DNA of 64,000 bases, from contig NC_092674.1 of NCBI RefSeq assembly GCF_964355755.1, positions 1,736,001 through 1,800,000 on the forward strand. The letters are read 5' to 3'. The notes beneath the pieces were generated by a model, which saw only the letters and a program-made list of their open reading frames with translations, ran no database searches and was not told where the DNA came from. This document shows positions 26,249-40,259 of this stretch, one piece after another (position 1 is the stretch's first letter; the number at the start of each line of letters is the position of its first letter). The stretch is from Antedon mediterranea. Its lineage: Eukaryota; Animalia; Echinodermata. The position numbers and the translations under genes are program-made.

Positions 26249-27514
26249 TAATTATATCTATAACTGTAGGCATATTCTGTTTTGCAATGACTGACTAATC
26301 AAACTGATTTTATCTTCACTCTAGTCTTTTTATAAAGGTCATGTAAGTTATAATGATATCATGTGTAAAAGACTTATCTTTCCTTTCATATTTACATTTT
26401 TTTAAGAATGTGTTCAAATTGATTTAATTATGTGAATTGCGAAGGAATTGTGTATCCAAAAAGAGCGAAATCGAATCTATACTTGTGGTATATACCTGCT
26501 AGATGAGAGGCTGAGATCGTAGAATAAGCCTTAGTGAGCTTTTTTTCACTAGAGCTATGTGTATTGTGTTGTCCAGTAGCTACTGGGAACTTCAAATCTA
26601 TGTTTGCATGTTTTAAAATATATTTCGCTTCGTTTTCAATATCTTCAAAATGACCTATGACGTCATAGTGAATGTCACAAGGATAACATGACGTGTACAT
26701 CGGATTCCAGTGAACGTTTTTCCCTGCACCAGCAACAACCATGTTGATGAAGTCTACAAATTCAATTTTCTTGGAAGAGGAATTCTCTTTGAAATTTTTA
26801 TTAATTATGTTTCTAAATTTATTTATGCCTTTTTCCTTTTTACCATCGTCAGTAGCAAATTTCTGAGTGTAAGCGGATAGCAAACGTGACAGAGGATTTC
26901 TGACGAACATGAATTTCGTGTAGGTGGCCATTATGTGCTTCCGTTTCTAGGCAGAAAAACGTGTAATTCTTGGAACATGTTTTTTCCATGACTTGCTTAC
27001 TTCTGCAACGCTTAGTTTCATGACTTCTGTATAGTTCTTGTACCCAGATAAGACCAACATTATTCGACACCAGCTGGTTGTACTGACTTTTGGCGTTTGA
27101 CAGTAGACGATTTTGTGTTTTTCATTTACCAAAAGTCTCGGCACCATCTTTTTACTAGGGATATTCTTCCTGTACGTTTCACACATTTTCTTCGTATGTT
27201 CTTGTCTATCTTTGTGTATCTTTGCATATCGTTTCATGAACTCCACGGTGTTTTCAACTCTGTTATGTGTGGAGTTCCTTTTTGTTTCTGATGAAACCTG
27301 CTGGGATAATTAAGATAAACATTACTGCCTATCCAAAGCTCTTTACAAAAAATGATTACCAGGTCTACATTATATTATTTCGGGAAAGAGGTGCGTTTTT
27401 AAGATTTTAATGTGTGTATGATTTCGTTTTTGTTTTTTAGGTTATTCCACATAGTCTGACCAAGCTTTGAAATGTATGTTCATCAGATGATCGGTTAACA
27501 CAAGGAACATTAAG

Positions 27515-27850
27515 TTTAATTTTGGTATTTTGGTATTGTGCTGCTGCCCTTTGGTGTGACTATTGTATGAAGACAATTAGATCACTTAATGAATACTATA
27601 ATAATGCTCTGCGTCGTATACTTAATGTCTCTAGAAGTAGTAGTGCCAGTAGTGAAATGTTTATTGAACATGGTGTCCCTTCCTTTAATGAGTACATGCG
27701 AAAATCTACCTATGGTTTTATCCAACGTATGTTGAATAGTTGTAATATTCTTGTTGGTTGTGTTTGCAAACATTATGCTCCATAACTCAAAAGTGTATTG
27801 TAGATGGAGAAGTATCCTATATTTAAGGTTTCTTTTTTTTTCTATTTGTA
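27515..27850 (+). mobile_element. LINE ORF2 C-terminal fragment
   Basis: LW...YNNALRRILNVSR.SSASEMF resembles a post-RT LINE region. Confidence 0.55.
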
Positions 27851-28819
27851 AGTTTGTTGATATGGATGAATTTTTTCCGAAATAAAAGAATTTGAATTGA
27901 ATTACACACCGGAGATTTGGTTGTCAAATATCTTATCCGTTTGTTGCCCATTTGGTGACGTGGTAGCCGACCTGGTGATACAAATGAAATGTTAATAATG
28001 TTGTACATGTCATCCTGATTTATATAGTAGGCTTCAGCGCTTCTGTTAAACAGTTAGGCCTGAGCACATTACATATTATTAAATAAAGTTAGAAATATAC
28101 ACTTTTATAAAATAATGTTTTTACTAAGGCTTACAATAAGACGTTTAAATTCAACCCAAAACATGTTTTGATTTAAATGACAATTTTTCAGGTAATTAAT
28201 TGTTGGTTTCAATCCAAAAAGTGAATAACTATTATTAAATGACATTTACCAACAAAAAATGTTTAAGAGGACAATATATCTTTGACACTTATTGACAAAT
28301 ATTAACAGCAGCCATATGACCAGAGACTTCTTCGGCTAAAAATGATAGACTTAAACTCCCTTAGAGATTTTATTAGTATATTATTTGTATGTAAAGCATT
28401 AAATATGAACAATGAATACTTAAATGAACTGATTAATATCAATCATCGTCATCAGGAAATATTAACATTTAAAAACTTAATGCTCGGACTGATAGTGCAC
28501 TGCATTGCTTATCTGTACGGTTCTGTAGAATTTAGGATGCACTATCCATGGATTTAAGAAATCTTATTAAAATGGAGTACATTTAAAAGTAACCTAAGGG
28601 AACATTACTTACCCGTTGATTAAGTTAATAAACAATTGGGAGGAAATATTACAGTACTCTGTACTTAATTTATTATTAACATTTAAAACATATATTGTAA
28701 ATTAACAATTATTTTATTTTAACATTTACATATAAACTATAGGTTTAATATAAGTAAGTTATTCTTTTAATTAGATATTAACTTTATCATCATTTATATT
28801 ATAATATTATTTGTAATAA

Positions 28820-28983
28820 TTAGTCACTGGTTGGAGGTACACACATAATTGGTGACAGTGGCTTAGGCTGCTTTTGTGCTTTCCTGGCAGCTAGTCACTA
28901 TTTAGTCACTGGTTGGAGGTACACACCTAATTGGTGACAGTGGCTTAGGCTGCTTTTGTGCTTTCCTGGCAGCTAGTGACTAT
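28820..28983. repeat. Tandem duplication of ~83 bp (probably LINE 3'UTR-derived)
   Basis: tagtcactggttggaggtacacac...ctggcagctagt occurs twice. Confidence 0.85.
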
Positions 28984-29392
28984 GATTTTATATTTTATTT
29001 TGCGTTGTGTTTGTTTAATTTGTTGATTTGTATTATATGTTGTAAAATGTATCTTTTGCCTGAATAAATAATAATAATATTAATTTGACCACGTCATATC
29101 TAGATAATGGTCTATAACATCAAACAACAAACAACATTTTACCCTTTTCATTAACTTGACTTGCACGAAGCTGTATTCCGATTGTTGCAAACAAAAGTAG
29201 ACCAAGTACTATAGTAACTTTAAGCGGCTTTTCTAAACGGGCGGGCATTTTCTTTAAAACAAAAAATCAAATAGTTGTTAGATTGTAGGCCTACCACCAA
29301 GCACATTTTATTTATTTTTATTTAACCTTATTTATAGAGGGTGAACCTAAACAGCGTATACTGACAATCAAGATATGATATACCTAAATCTT

Positions 29393-32223
29393 CTACGAAC
29401 TTTCTAACTCTGTTTGAACAAACTTTCTAACTCTGTTTGAAAATATGTTATCTAAAATTGGAATGGACAGTGAATTAATTGTTGTTGGCGATTTTAATAT
29501 ATGTACTTTAACAAAGTCATCTTTATTGAATAGCTATAATCAAATTCTAAGTATGTTTAGTTTAAGTAACAAAGTAACTGAACCAACTAGGATATGCTCT
29601 ACAGTTGCTTCTTGCCTCGATCATATATTATGTAATAATGAGAATAAGATAAGCCAATCGGGTACAATCGCAACAGGTCTAAGCGATCACTTAATGACAT
29701 TTTGTACACGGAAAACTATTAAACTTAAGTTCAATGGACATAAAAATGTATATATCAGATCACTAAAAAACTATACCGTTGATCAATTTAGAAACATACT
29801 AATAGATATCGATTGGTCAGTAGTTACCTCTATCGGAGATGTAAATGAAGCTCTGTATAAATTTAATGCATTACTTTTGGCTGCTATTGATTCCATTGCC
29901 CCCCTTAAAAACATTAGGATGAAACAAAGAACGGAACCATGGTTAACTAGAGAAATATTACAAGACATTGAAACCAGAGATAAATTATTAAATATGTATA
30001 ATAAAAACAAGAATAATACCGACTTATTAATACAATTTCGCAAACTAAGAAATAAATTACAGCGTGATATAAATAAAGCTAAATCAAATCATTTGTTAAA
30101 CAAGGCTAAAGAAAATAAAAATAACCCTAAAAAATTATGGAAAATGTTTAAAGGACTAGGCTATAGTAATAAATCTAAGGATAGTGCTAAAACGGTTATT
30201 GACCTGCCCAATGGTACTAAATGTTTCGACCCAGCCAAAATTGCTTCTTGCTTCAACGAATATTTTACTACTATTGCAGCCAATTTGGTCAGTAAACTTC
30301 CATCCCCTAAGAATGTGTATGACTGTACGTCGTCCAAACTTAAGGATTTCTATAGAACCGTTAGTGGCAATAACTTTATGCTCAACTCAGTGGACGAAGA
30401 CTTTATATATAGTGAATTAAACAAACTTAATGCGACAAAAAGCACGGGTGTCGATAAGATACCTCCCCGCTTCATAAAAGATGGGGCTGAAATCCTAAAA
30501 GTTCCCATTACCTACATAATTAATTTATCAATTAGTACCAGTACAGTCCCAGAAGACATGAAAAAGGCCAAGGTCATACCTCTTTATAAAAAAGGTAGTA
30601 GAACCGATATTGGAAACTATCGCCCTATAAGTATACTCAGTACAATGTCTAAAATTTTAGAGAAGGCTGTTTTTATTCAAATCGAAAAATACCTTACTGA
30701 AAACAACGTATTGTATAAATATCAATCTGGATTTCGAGCTGCCTTCTCTACTGACACATGTTTGATAGACTTAGTTGATTCCCTTAAAACCCAAACTTCT
30801 AAGGGAAATTTCTCGGGTATGGTGTTGGTCGATTTAAAGAAGGCATTTGACACTGTAGATCATGACATTTTATGTAATAAGCTTAAATTAATGGGTATTG
30901 GATCTATTGAATGGTTCAAATCTTACATATCAATAAGAAAGCAAATAGTAACTGTTGATGATCATTGCTCTCAATCTTGTACTGTTACATGCGGGTTCCT
31001 CAAGGAAGTATCCTTGGACCCCTTTTGTTCTTATGTTTTGTTAATGACATGGTAACTTGTATTGATCCTGATTGTAAACTCCTTCTATACGCTGATGACA
31101 GTGCAATTGTTTATTCACACAGAAATCCAGATATTATTTCTAAGAAGCTAGGGTCAACACTAGACTCCTTGTGTGATTGGCTTGTAGACAATAAATTAAC
31201 AATTAACCTGGATAAAACTGAGTGTATACTATTTGGTTCTAAGAAAAAAACTAAAAATGTTAACAATTTTAATGTCTCAACAAATGGTAACAATATCAAC
31301 ACTAGTAATTGTGTCAAGTATCTTGGTATTGAAATAGATCAAAATTTAACGTGTTCTGAATATGCATGTAAAACCATTAAGAAAATTAATAATAGGCTTA
31401 AGTTTATGTACCGCCAACGTAAGATACTAAGTTGTAAGAAACTATTATGCTCTGCTCTCATCCAATGTGTTTTTGATTATGCTGAATCTTCTTGGTTCTG
31501 TGGAACCAGTAAAGCTATCCAAAGAAAACTACAAATTGCTCAAAACAAAATGGTTAGACTCATAAAAGGAGTTGAACCCAGAAGACATATAGGTGCTGAT
31601 CAATTAGACGATTATGGATTGTTAAATGTAAAATATCGAGTAAAGTTCTTTCAAATTAGCCAAGTTCATAAGATATTTATGGGCAGAAGTGCTTCATACC
31701 TAAACGAAAACTTTCGTAGAGTTAATAACTTACATGGTCACTTCACTCGTGGTAGTAAACTCAATTTTGTTGTACCTAAGGTCCAAGGCATAGAATGTAA
31801 TACATTCTATTTTAATGCAATCAGAGAATGGAATAACCTTCCTGACTATATTAAACAAATTTCCAACACATCTAAATTTAAAACTGAATTGAAACAATAT
31901 TACAAAATTAAACATAGATAAATTATTATTGTGCCATTATATCCGATGTTTTGCTTATATGCTTATATATTTATGAACCCCATCTTATAATGTTTGTTTT
32001 GTTAAAATTATAATTACTATCTCTTTAGGGACCACATTGGAATTAAGTTGTTTTACTTTAAACGACTTTATGTGTTTTCCCGTGCATCGTCAGACTTCAT
32101 TAATCCCGCCATTTTTATTTGCTTTTTTGATGTATTTTAATATTTAAGGTGATTATATATATTATTGATGTATTTTTAATGTTATGTATTGAGATGCCAA
32201 ATAAATGAAAGAAAGAAAGAAAG
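29393..32223 (+). mobile_element. 5'-truncated LINE (L2/CR1 group) ORF2, endonuclease + RT, one frameshift near 30995
   Basis: APE motifs VGDFN, LDHI, SDH; RT motifs YRPISIL, QSGFR, DLKKAFDTVDH, PQGSILGP, YADD; 3' (GAAA)n tail after aataaa. Confidence 0.93.
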
Positions 32224-32897
32224 ACGTTTGTTACTTTTTAAAAATAACAAACGTAACTTTGTACAAAGTTTTTAAAAAAAACATGCTCCCTGGTTTAATA
32301 AATAAAGCATACAAATGGCTGATTTTATTAAAATTTGACTGAATAATTTGTTTAAAGCCTATTGCACGAATTTTTAAACCAAATTGTTAGTCCTAGTTCG
32401 AAAATAGAGATATTAGGCCTACGTGAAAATAATATTATTACTCACGTTCTCATGATACTTATACGACGACGACTCACGCACACCATTGATGAAATTAAAA
32501 CCTTGTATTTAGCTAGGCCTACACATTTCATTATAGATGATATAATAATGTTGAATCCTCATGATGGCGGCGTGCAGTCCATTGCTTGGATGTACAGTAC
32601 ATAATAAGTAACGTCTAACCAAGATGGTAATTTCAATTTGCATATTAAGTGGAAACATTGTATGCGCGAGTTTTGATGGTTTTGAATATTAGATGGTCGG
32701 CTTGAATGTTACTAAATATGTCTCTAAGCGATTACAGTTACGATCCTTCTATTGCTCTTTGTTAATGTTATTTATATATTATATTTTAATTGTTATCGTA
32801 AATAAATTACAATCTTGAATTCTACCAAATAAGTTTTGTAGTTTTAAAAGGTTTTTTTTCTGTATCAATTATTATCTGGTGGCCGCTGTTGAATTAA

Positions 32898-33231
32898 AGA
32901 TGTATTGTCCCCCTAAAAAAAATTGTTGTTGTTGATTTGTATGCCATTTTAATTTCACATAATAGTTATCCACTTTGACCAAAAATTAGATGGAAAAAAA
33001 AAACTGTAACTTAGAGCACAAAGTAGTCAAAATTGGCTGCCAGCCAATAGATTTTTGGCTGAATTTATTTTTATTTTTTTGAACCATTTATTTTGTGATT
33101 TTATAAGTGAAAACATTACATCATTGTTTTTCTACTGACTTGATTTACTTTATTAAAACTACTAAATAACCTATTCAAAGTCTGATTTAATTAATCTTCA
33201 TTTTTCATGTTTTTTGGGGGACAATACATCT
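32898..33231. mobile_element. Kolobok-like non-autonomous element with TTAA TSD; copies at 35465-35783 and partial ~19373-19674
   Basis: TTAA|AGATGTATTGTCCCC...GGGGACAATACATCT|TTAA, with a shared interior among the three copies. Confidence 0.8.
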
Positions 33232-34000
33232 TTAATTGGAAACTCATTTTAGATTTATTTTCGAAACGGTCAAATTCTTAATTTTCTTCTTTTTTTTTCA
33301 CTATCACAGATCCAACACAATGAAACCTATTGTGAAGGCACCCCACACCAGTCTTTTTTTTTCACTCTTCCCTGTTAACACCAGTGTTAAAAAGCTATAA
33401 TGGCTCTTTTTTTTTTCACTCTTCCCTGGTAACACCAGTGTTATGTGCAGTGTAATTGTTAGATTCTGTATTGTCCTAGTGATCAAGAATGCACCACCAC
33501 CCCCGGTCGTTGCGAACTTCAAAAGACGGTTATCACCTCTCTGCTTGAATTAAATTTGTGCTTACTTGCTTTTTGTACTGTAGTGTGGCCAGAGCGATGA
33601 AAACATTATGCTAGGTGGCAGCACAAAATTATGCCAGATTATGTTAGGCACAATTATAGCAAGAAGTCATCAAAACACATGATGTAAAGAGGGGGGTATT
33701 TGAATATGTTGTATGTACCACAAAAAGGAAATGCAAACAAAAAAAGTTTTCGGGTTTTTGGAAATATTATGCTAGATTTGGTTAAAATTATGCTGGATTT
33801 TTTTTCGAAAAAAAATGCTAGCAAAAATGGTAAATCATGGGTAACAACCTTCAAAATAGGTTTTTCACAATTATTCCAGATTATACTAGATTTTCTAAAG
33901 TTATTCTTAGCATTAATGGTAGATGCCAGATGGGTCAAACTTATGCTAGACGGCATAATTATGCTAGATTTGGTCACTAAATGGCGTTTACCGTCAATTT

Positions 34001-34110
34001 GAGGGAGGCGCGAAAAGGAGAGAGGAGGGAGGCGCGGAATGGGGGAGGGAGGCGCGGAATGGGGGAGGGAGGCGCGGAAAGGAAGGAGGCGCGGAAAGGG
34101 GAGGGGGAGA
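34001..34110 (+). repeat. G-rich short tandem repeat (gggaggcgcggaa)
   Basis: About 5 degenerate copies with G runs. Confidence 0.75.
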
Positions 34111-36017
34111 CGTGGTTCTCTTCACATAATGCATCTATAATTATCCTTCACAGGATTTTGCTAATTAAACCCGAAGAGTAATTTTAGTGGATTATTATTT
34201 CCATTTATTTTTTGCTGGTATGATTAAAACAAAATTTCAAATAACATACAATTTCATTTCATTTGCATTTTTGTCAAGGCATCACAAAACTAATGTCTAT
34301 AAGCGCACAAACCCATTTCAGCACTTTCTACAGCATTTAGCTTCCGGTATTACACATACCAGTAGCTATAATTCATTCGCACAAATAGCATCACTGTTTT
34401 GCATTGTGAAAAAATTCACAACCAATAAAAAAAAGGAATGTTTAAAAGTTATAGATTCACTTATGAAAAAAGATACTACCATCTTTCTACTAGATTAAAA
34501 TACATGTCAGTCAACACTATATAAAGCACTATATAAAGCGTATAGGGAGCTCCCTGTGACAACTAACTTTGTCCAATGAATAAAGCGAGGAATCACATCC
34601 AAAATACTGTATCTCGCATGCGCACAATGACCTTACATGACATGACCTGACATGACCTAGCCCCTATTTGTAAATCAATACAATTATTAAAATAAAAAGC
34701 AATATCAATTAATATGGAAAAACATCATTAAATTACAAGGTTCTAGATGGCATATGGCCATAATATTGGTAAAAAGATTTTGGCACACATGGCGTTTCAT
34801 ACGTATAATACTTGAGCTGAAATCAAAACGGTACTGGTACATAAAATGTACTTTATACATAAAAAGTGACTTGGGGCAAGTCTAATACATACTGTGTATA
34901 AATATCAACGATACATTATGTTACTTTGGCGATAATAAAAAACAATTTTAAATTTGTGCTACACTGAAAGCTAAGAATTAATATGAAAATTTAAAAATAT
35001 GAAAATGGTGACAAATATTAATGATAACAATGACAATTATTAATACTGATCCTAATAACATTATAACAAATTTGAATTAAACATTTTTACAATGAATCAG
35101 ATCTCAGGAATGTGTTACAATATGGATTAATATGAAAATAATATGCAAATTCCTGCTGTCCACAAAATATTATTTACTTAATATCGGTGAGCTTTCACAA
35201 AGGTACTCATGTGAGATATTGCAAATGTTACCAAATGGAATGTAAACATCTAAATATGATAGTAAAATAGTTACCTCTTATATCATTTAAATGATGATGA
35301 TTAAATGATCGTTTAAATGTGAGTAAAAGATAAATCAAGATGTATTAAATCTGATGAGGACTGGTAATTCAGCGTAAACATGTTTTTAAATTATCTATAT
35401 CGGCCTCAATTTTTTTTTCAAGATTTGGCCACCAATATCAGTTTTTAATTATTTGTATCATTAAAGATGTATTGTACCCCAGAAAAAATAATTATTTAAT
35501 TTTTGTTCTTAAATATGCCATTTTAATGTCACATAATAATTATCCACTTTGACCAAAAATTTAATTAAAAAAAATTATGTACCTGAAAAAACTGTAATCT
35601 AAAGCAAAAAATAGTAAATTGGCTGCCAGCAAATGGATTTTTGGTTGAATTTAACCATTTATTTTGTCATTTTATTGGGGAAAACCTGTTTTTTCTACGG
35701 AAGTGATTAACTTTATTAAAATTACAAAATAACCTATTATTTTAAAGTCTTCATTTTTCATGTTTTTGGGGGACAGTACATCTTTAACACAAAATTAGAT
35801 TTTTTTTTTAAATTTGATCGACCCTGTTTTTCAATTGGGTGGGCAACATTACAATTTGTTTAGGCCTTAAATGATAATGCTGATATTGAGTCATTTATCT
35901 AATAATGCTGCATCATACTGGTTAACCTGTCTGTCTGTGATCCTGGGTTCAAATCATGACTAAGACAATCACCTCATGGTTGATTTACACAAGGAAACTG
36001 CCTTTAGTTAAACCAGT

Positions 36018-39000
36018 TTATGACTGTAGATTTTCTTTCCAAGCTGTTTTGGGTTTATTGAATTTGTCTCCTGTGCAAAAAAAAAAACGGAAAGAGATAT
36101 TTAATTAGGTTTTTAAAATTACAAACAAATAATTATGTTACCACTATTTCCTGTGTTTGGGAATTTTGTTACAAATTTGTTTAAATTATTAAATTTAACA
36201 CAAGAAAACATACCTTGTCCTTTAAACGAAGCCAAGCTTGAAATACCGCTGTCCTTGGATACAACAGACCTTGTGTCGCCCTCATCGGAATCTGATGAAT
36301 TACTGTCGTGACGTTTGCTCTTTAGGTCCGATTCTTCCATTTGTTCCACTTTTACTTCATCTACAGAATCATCTGACAAATACAAAAGTTCATGAAGTAT
36401 GTCAAAGGCAAAGAAACTCTTAACCCAAAGTTTAAACTATCCAACGAGACCATGTAAAAATTATTTTACTTCAGTTAACGACATTTTGTTTAATCTTTAC
36501 TCTGCAATTATTTATCAAGGTTTTTTTAAATTAAATTATACACACTATATTGATTGCCTTATACACTTTTACGTTGAAACAAAAATAACATGGTATAGCA
36601 CTGAAGTAAAATATTACAGTACTGCAGTATACTGTAGTAGAATCATTTGTACACAGCCTCTAAACAATACTATACTCAAAATACAAAAAGATGAGATATA
36701 CAGTACTGTATTTATTAATATAAGGAAAGATAGATTGTAACAGCTAGTGAAACCCCTTTTGACAAAATCACAATTTTATAAAAATGGCTCATTTACTAAT
36801 GATAGACTCACCTGAAGAGTCTACTTCAGGGTCATCATCTGACAGAATAACTGTTTCTTTTGGTTCTTGTGTTGATTTTCGCTCTGCATTCTAAAATATA
36901 AAAGCATATCACAAAAGTAACAAAAATAGTTAATTAAAATAAATTGTTATTATACTTGATTTCAAATTGAATAGACCAATCTCATTGTGCTAATAAAAAT
37001 AATAATTTTATTATTTAAGAAGACAAAAACTTTACATACATCAAAACGTCGTTTATATGCTGGATACTTCATCTTTTGTTCAGTTCTTGCAAGAACCATT
37101 TGTATTCTTCTCTTTAAATTTTCCCAATCCACTGAATGAGGCTTGCCTTGTTTCCACAGCTGCTCTTCAATCTTTAGTGCCTCATTGAAATTCTCTTCTG
37201 CACTCCGCATATCACCTCTGTGGTTGCGTTCATAGTAGAACAGACCTAGTAGGTAGTATGTACGTGCTGTGTCTGTATGAATGCCTAGCAACTCCATACG
37301 CCTACTCGCACACCTTTCTCCAAAGTCAATAGCATCTTCATATCTGTGAAGAAAAAGAATACAAATATGATATGGTTTTATGCACTCTTTTGGGATAAAT
37401 GAAACTTTAATATTATTTTATTTATTATCAATTATGTTAACTCCACCTTTTTTAGGAGACATAATTAATTGTTTTTGAAAGTTCCAATGTTGTTTCTTTG
37501 TTTCTTTGTTGCTTACTTTCTTGATGTTAATTTTATCAAATTTGTATTGATGTAATTAATAAAGAATTAAAGTATATTCTGGGGACATTTTCCTGTAAAT
37601 CAAATGACAGTATGTTTGTCAATGCTTACATGGGACACCACTGAAAGGTGACACTTTGTTGGGTCCCAAAGATGTTCCCTTAATTAAGTATTTAATTCAA
37701 TCAAAGAAAAATTGCAAAGTTACTTGTCCTCATCTCTCAATGCGAGTGCTAGATTTCGCAAAGTCTTCAGATAACCTTCTTCATTATCAATAACCATTTC
37801 ATCCTCCACACGCAAAGACCTTCTGTAATATTCAATAGCGTTTTCTCCTTCTTCCAGCTGATAATAACATGAACCAATATTTGCAAGGTAAACTGGAATA
37901 TCAGGATGATGTTCTGATTGGGTGAGTTCCATTCTTAATTCGTATGCCTTGCGGTAAAATTCTAGCGCTTCTTTTATTTTGCTCTTTTCACACAAAGCAT
38001 TGCCTTGCTGAAGCCGAGATTTGTTCAATATTAGATCTGCCATAGTGCTGTAGAAACGAGCTGTATTGGTATTCTTCAGCTTCAGTTCTTTCAAGAGATC
38101 ATATGCAATCCTGATTCTCTCAACAGCTTTGTCAAAATCTTTCAAACATGTGGTACAAACATTGCCCCAGAGTTGGTAAAGCAAATTTAATTTTTCTTTT
38201 TCAGCATCAGTAAGAGAATTGACATGCTTTGCTGCAAAATATTTTTCAGATTTCTTTCTGAAAAGCTTTGTTGTAAGTGACATTTGATCAGAGGTTTCTT
38301 CTGGCTTCTTGGTTCTCAGAAGTTCCTGTTCAGCTGCTTCTAGCAATGGTAGAATTTCTTCATATCGATAGTTAATTCTTGACATCTGCAATCCTTCATA
38401 AGCTGACATTTCAACAAACTGTAGAAGATTATGACTTTCGTACTCAAGTTCACGTTGAGCTTTGAAAAACTTCAATCTTTCTTTGGTTGAATAAAATAAC
38501 TCCACAGTAGACGATATTACTCGCCATTCCTCAGTATCAACACTTCTTTTTTGTTTTGGCAGAAGTTTAAGAAGCTCTTGAAAATTAGCTGCATCTTCGT
38601 TCTTTCGTTTCATTGCTTTCTTGTATCGTTTCTCACTCAGTTGTCCAATTTTCTTAAGCTTCCGGAGAAAGTAACCAATAAACTCTTGCTCTCCAATTTC
38701 GTATTCACTCGTGACAGATTTGTCTATTTGGGCAATCTTCTGAAGGAATTGTCGCATTAGAAGATGCATCCCATAACGCACATCAGACTTGTTAAAATCT
38801 TCATTGTCATCTATCGATGTTTCAATCAGGTTTCTATATTTGAGATCCTGAAGTTGGAGGTTCACTTCAACTCGCTGTGATCGCTTCATTCCAAGAATTG
38901 CCATAGCTGCTCGACTTGTAAAAGTACCAGGAACAGTAGCGAGTCGAATCATGCGGAACTTTTGGTTGTCTGGTAAGCTGTCAATTGTGTTCTTCAAGCA

Positions 39001-40259
39001 AGCTTCTAAATTGACATCTCCATAAAATCCCAGCTGGGTGACCTCATCTGAGCGACTCTCCAAATACTCAATTAGTTTTTTAGGTGGAATAGTGTGGTCT
39101 TGCAGACGACTACCTGTTACTTTCAACGCCAATGGACACTTGCCACAAATGTGTACAAGCTTTTGTGCTTCTTCATCAGATATATCGGTCCTACCAGCGT
39201 AATACTGCAGGATGTCTCTTGCATCATCGTACTCCAGTTCATCTGCTTTTATAGAAATAGACTCCACACATTTCTCATAACGTGCACAAAGTTTTCGAGG
39301 AAGCCCCATTCTGGTTGTGATCAAAACCTTTAGACAGGTGTTCCCACATTCAATAATTCTTTCTATAAGTTCAACAAAGTTGTTGTACACGTCATCCTTT
39401 ACTCCTTCTTTTGGTGTTCTTAGAGGGCGATCGGCGTTGTCAAACAAAAGTACAGCTCCACCTATTTATAGCATGAAAAAAAAACATAATTACAACTAAA
39501 GTACATTAAGAAACAAATACTCTTTGGTATTGCAATCTTCCGGACAAACTAGTCTAACGTGACAGAAATACAGATTATGGTTATGTGTGAGGGGGAGAGT
39601 CGGGGCCATAAGTACGTACCAGCTTTCTTTGGTTTGTATTGTTTCAACCTCAAAATCAGAACATCAATATCCACCATTAAAGTAGGAACTTCACCCATGG
39701 TATGCAAAACTGCATTAAAGATGCTCTCAGTCGATGACAGCTCCCGGAGGTCAACAAACAGCAACTCATGGTACTCTATCTGCCGGTAACATGCCTCCTT
39801 TGCTAGCCTAGTTTTACCCATACCAGGAAGGCCACTGATGCAGATTGTTGCCACACCATCGTCGTCATGTTTTTCTCCAAGGAGATAAAACAATTGCTCA
39901 AGACGATCTTTCCTACCAATAAATGGACCCTCTGAAGCTGCAGGATGCTTCCGATAATGCCTAGCAATAACGGCATATTCCGAGTTGTATTTATTAAGCT
40001 CTTCTATCAAATCATTCCGCCCAATCTCATACAGGATGTGTCGTAGTAAGAGAGTATCCCCTTCGTGGAAATGATTTCCTTCTTGTAGCTTATCGAAAAA
40101 GTCGAACGTGTCCTTAATATCCTCATAATTTCTAGCCCCAAGTCTGTCTCTGACGAGTGATTTTGCCGCCTTCAATTCTTTACTAGTAATTTCGTTCGCA
40201 AAACAAACGATAAGCCATCGAAAACGACTAATTGAGCTTGGATCGTTTGACGACGCCAT
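36018..40259 (-). CDS. NLR-like STAND protein: death effector domain + NB-ARC-type NTPase + TPR repeats + acidic tail (copy 1); exons 40259-39620, 39461-37724, 37343-37040, 36890-36812, 36372-36214, 36070-36018
   Basis: N-terminal DED-like region (FRWLIVCFANEITSKEL...FFDKLQE...LLRHILYEIGRNDL, with the RxDL signature); FIGR; Walker A GLPGMGKT; Walker B VLLFDNAD; sensor-1 VLITTR; GxP motif CGKCPLAL; MHD-equivalent MHL; 42-aa-type TPRs (HPDIPVYLANIGSCY...AIEYYRRSL; HTDTARTYYLLG). Open frame with phase-consistent GT-AG introns. Confidence 0.88.

Larger units (their letters stand above)
26428..29248 (-). pseudogene. Carbohydrate sulfotransferase (Sulfotransfer_2, CHST8-14-like) with in-frame TAG; exons 29248-29143, 27971-27910, 27297-26428
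   Basis: Type II anchor MPARLEKPLKVTIVLGLLLFATIGI; 5'-PSB YCQTPKVSTTSW; 3'-PB FMFVRNPLSRLLSAY; HWNP...CYPC.IHYDVIGHFE; Y.FDFALFGY. TAG at 26949-26947 separates two ORFs in the same frame. Confidence 0.82.

Noticed and set aside
25950-26294. 114-aa repetitive ORF
   Set aside because: It is a translation of the 19-bp minisatellite; the period is not a multiple of 3 and there is no splice or domain support.
26849-27070. Frameshift explanation for the split sulfotransferase ORFs
   Set aside because: The two ORFs are in the same frame, separated by a TAG and five codons.
34001-34110. G-rich repeat as a functional G-quadruplex or promoter
   Set aside because: No linked gene start is evident; more simply a repeat or TE fragment.
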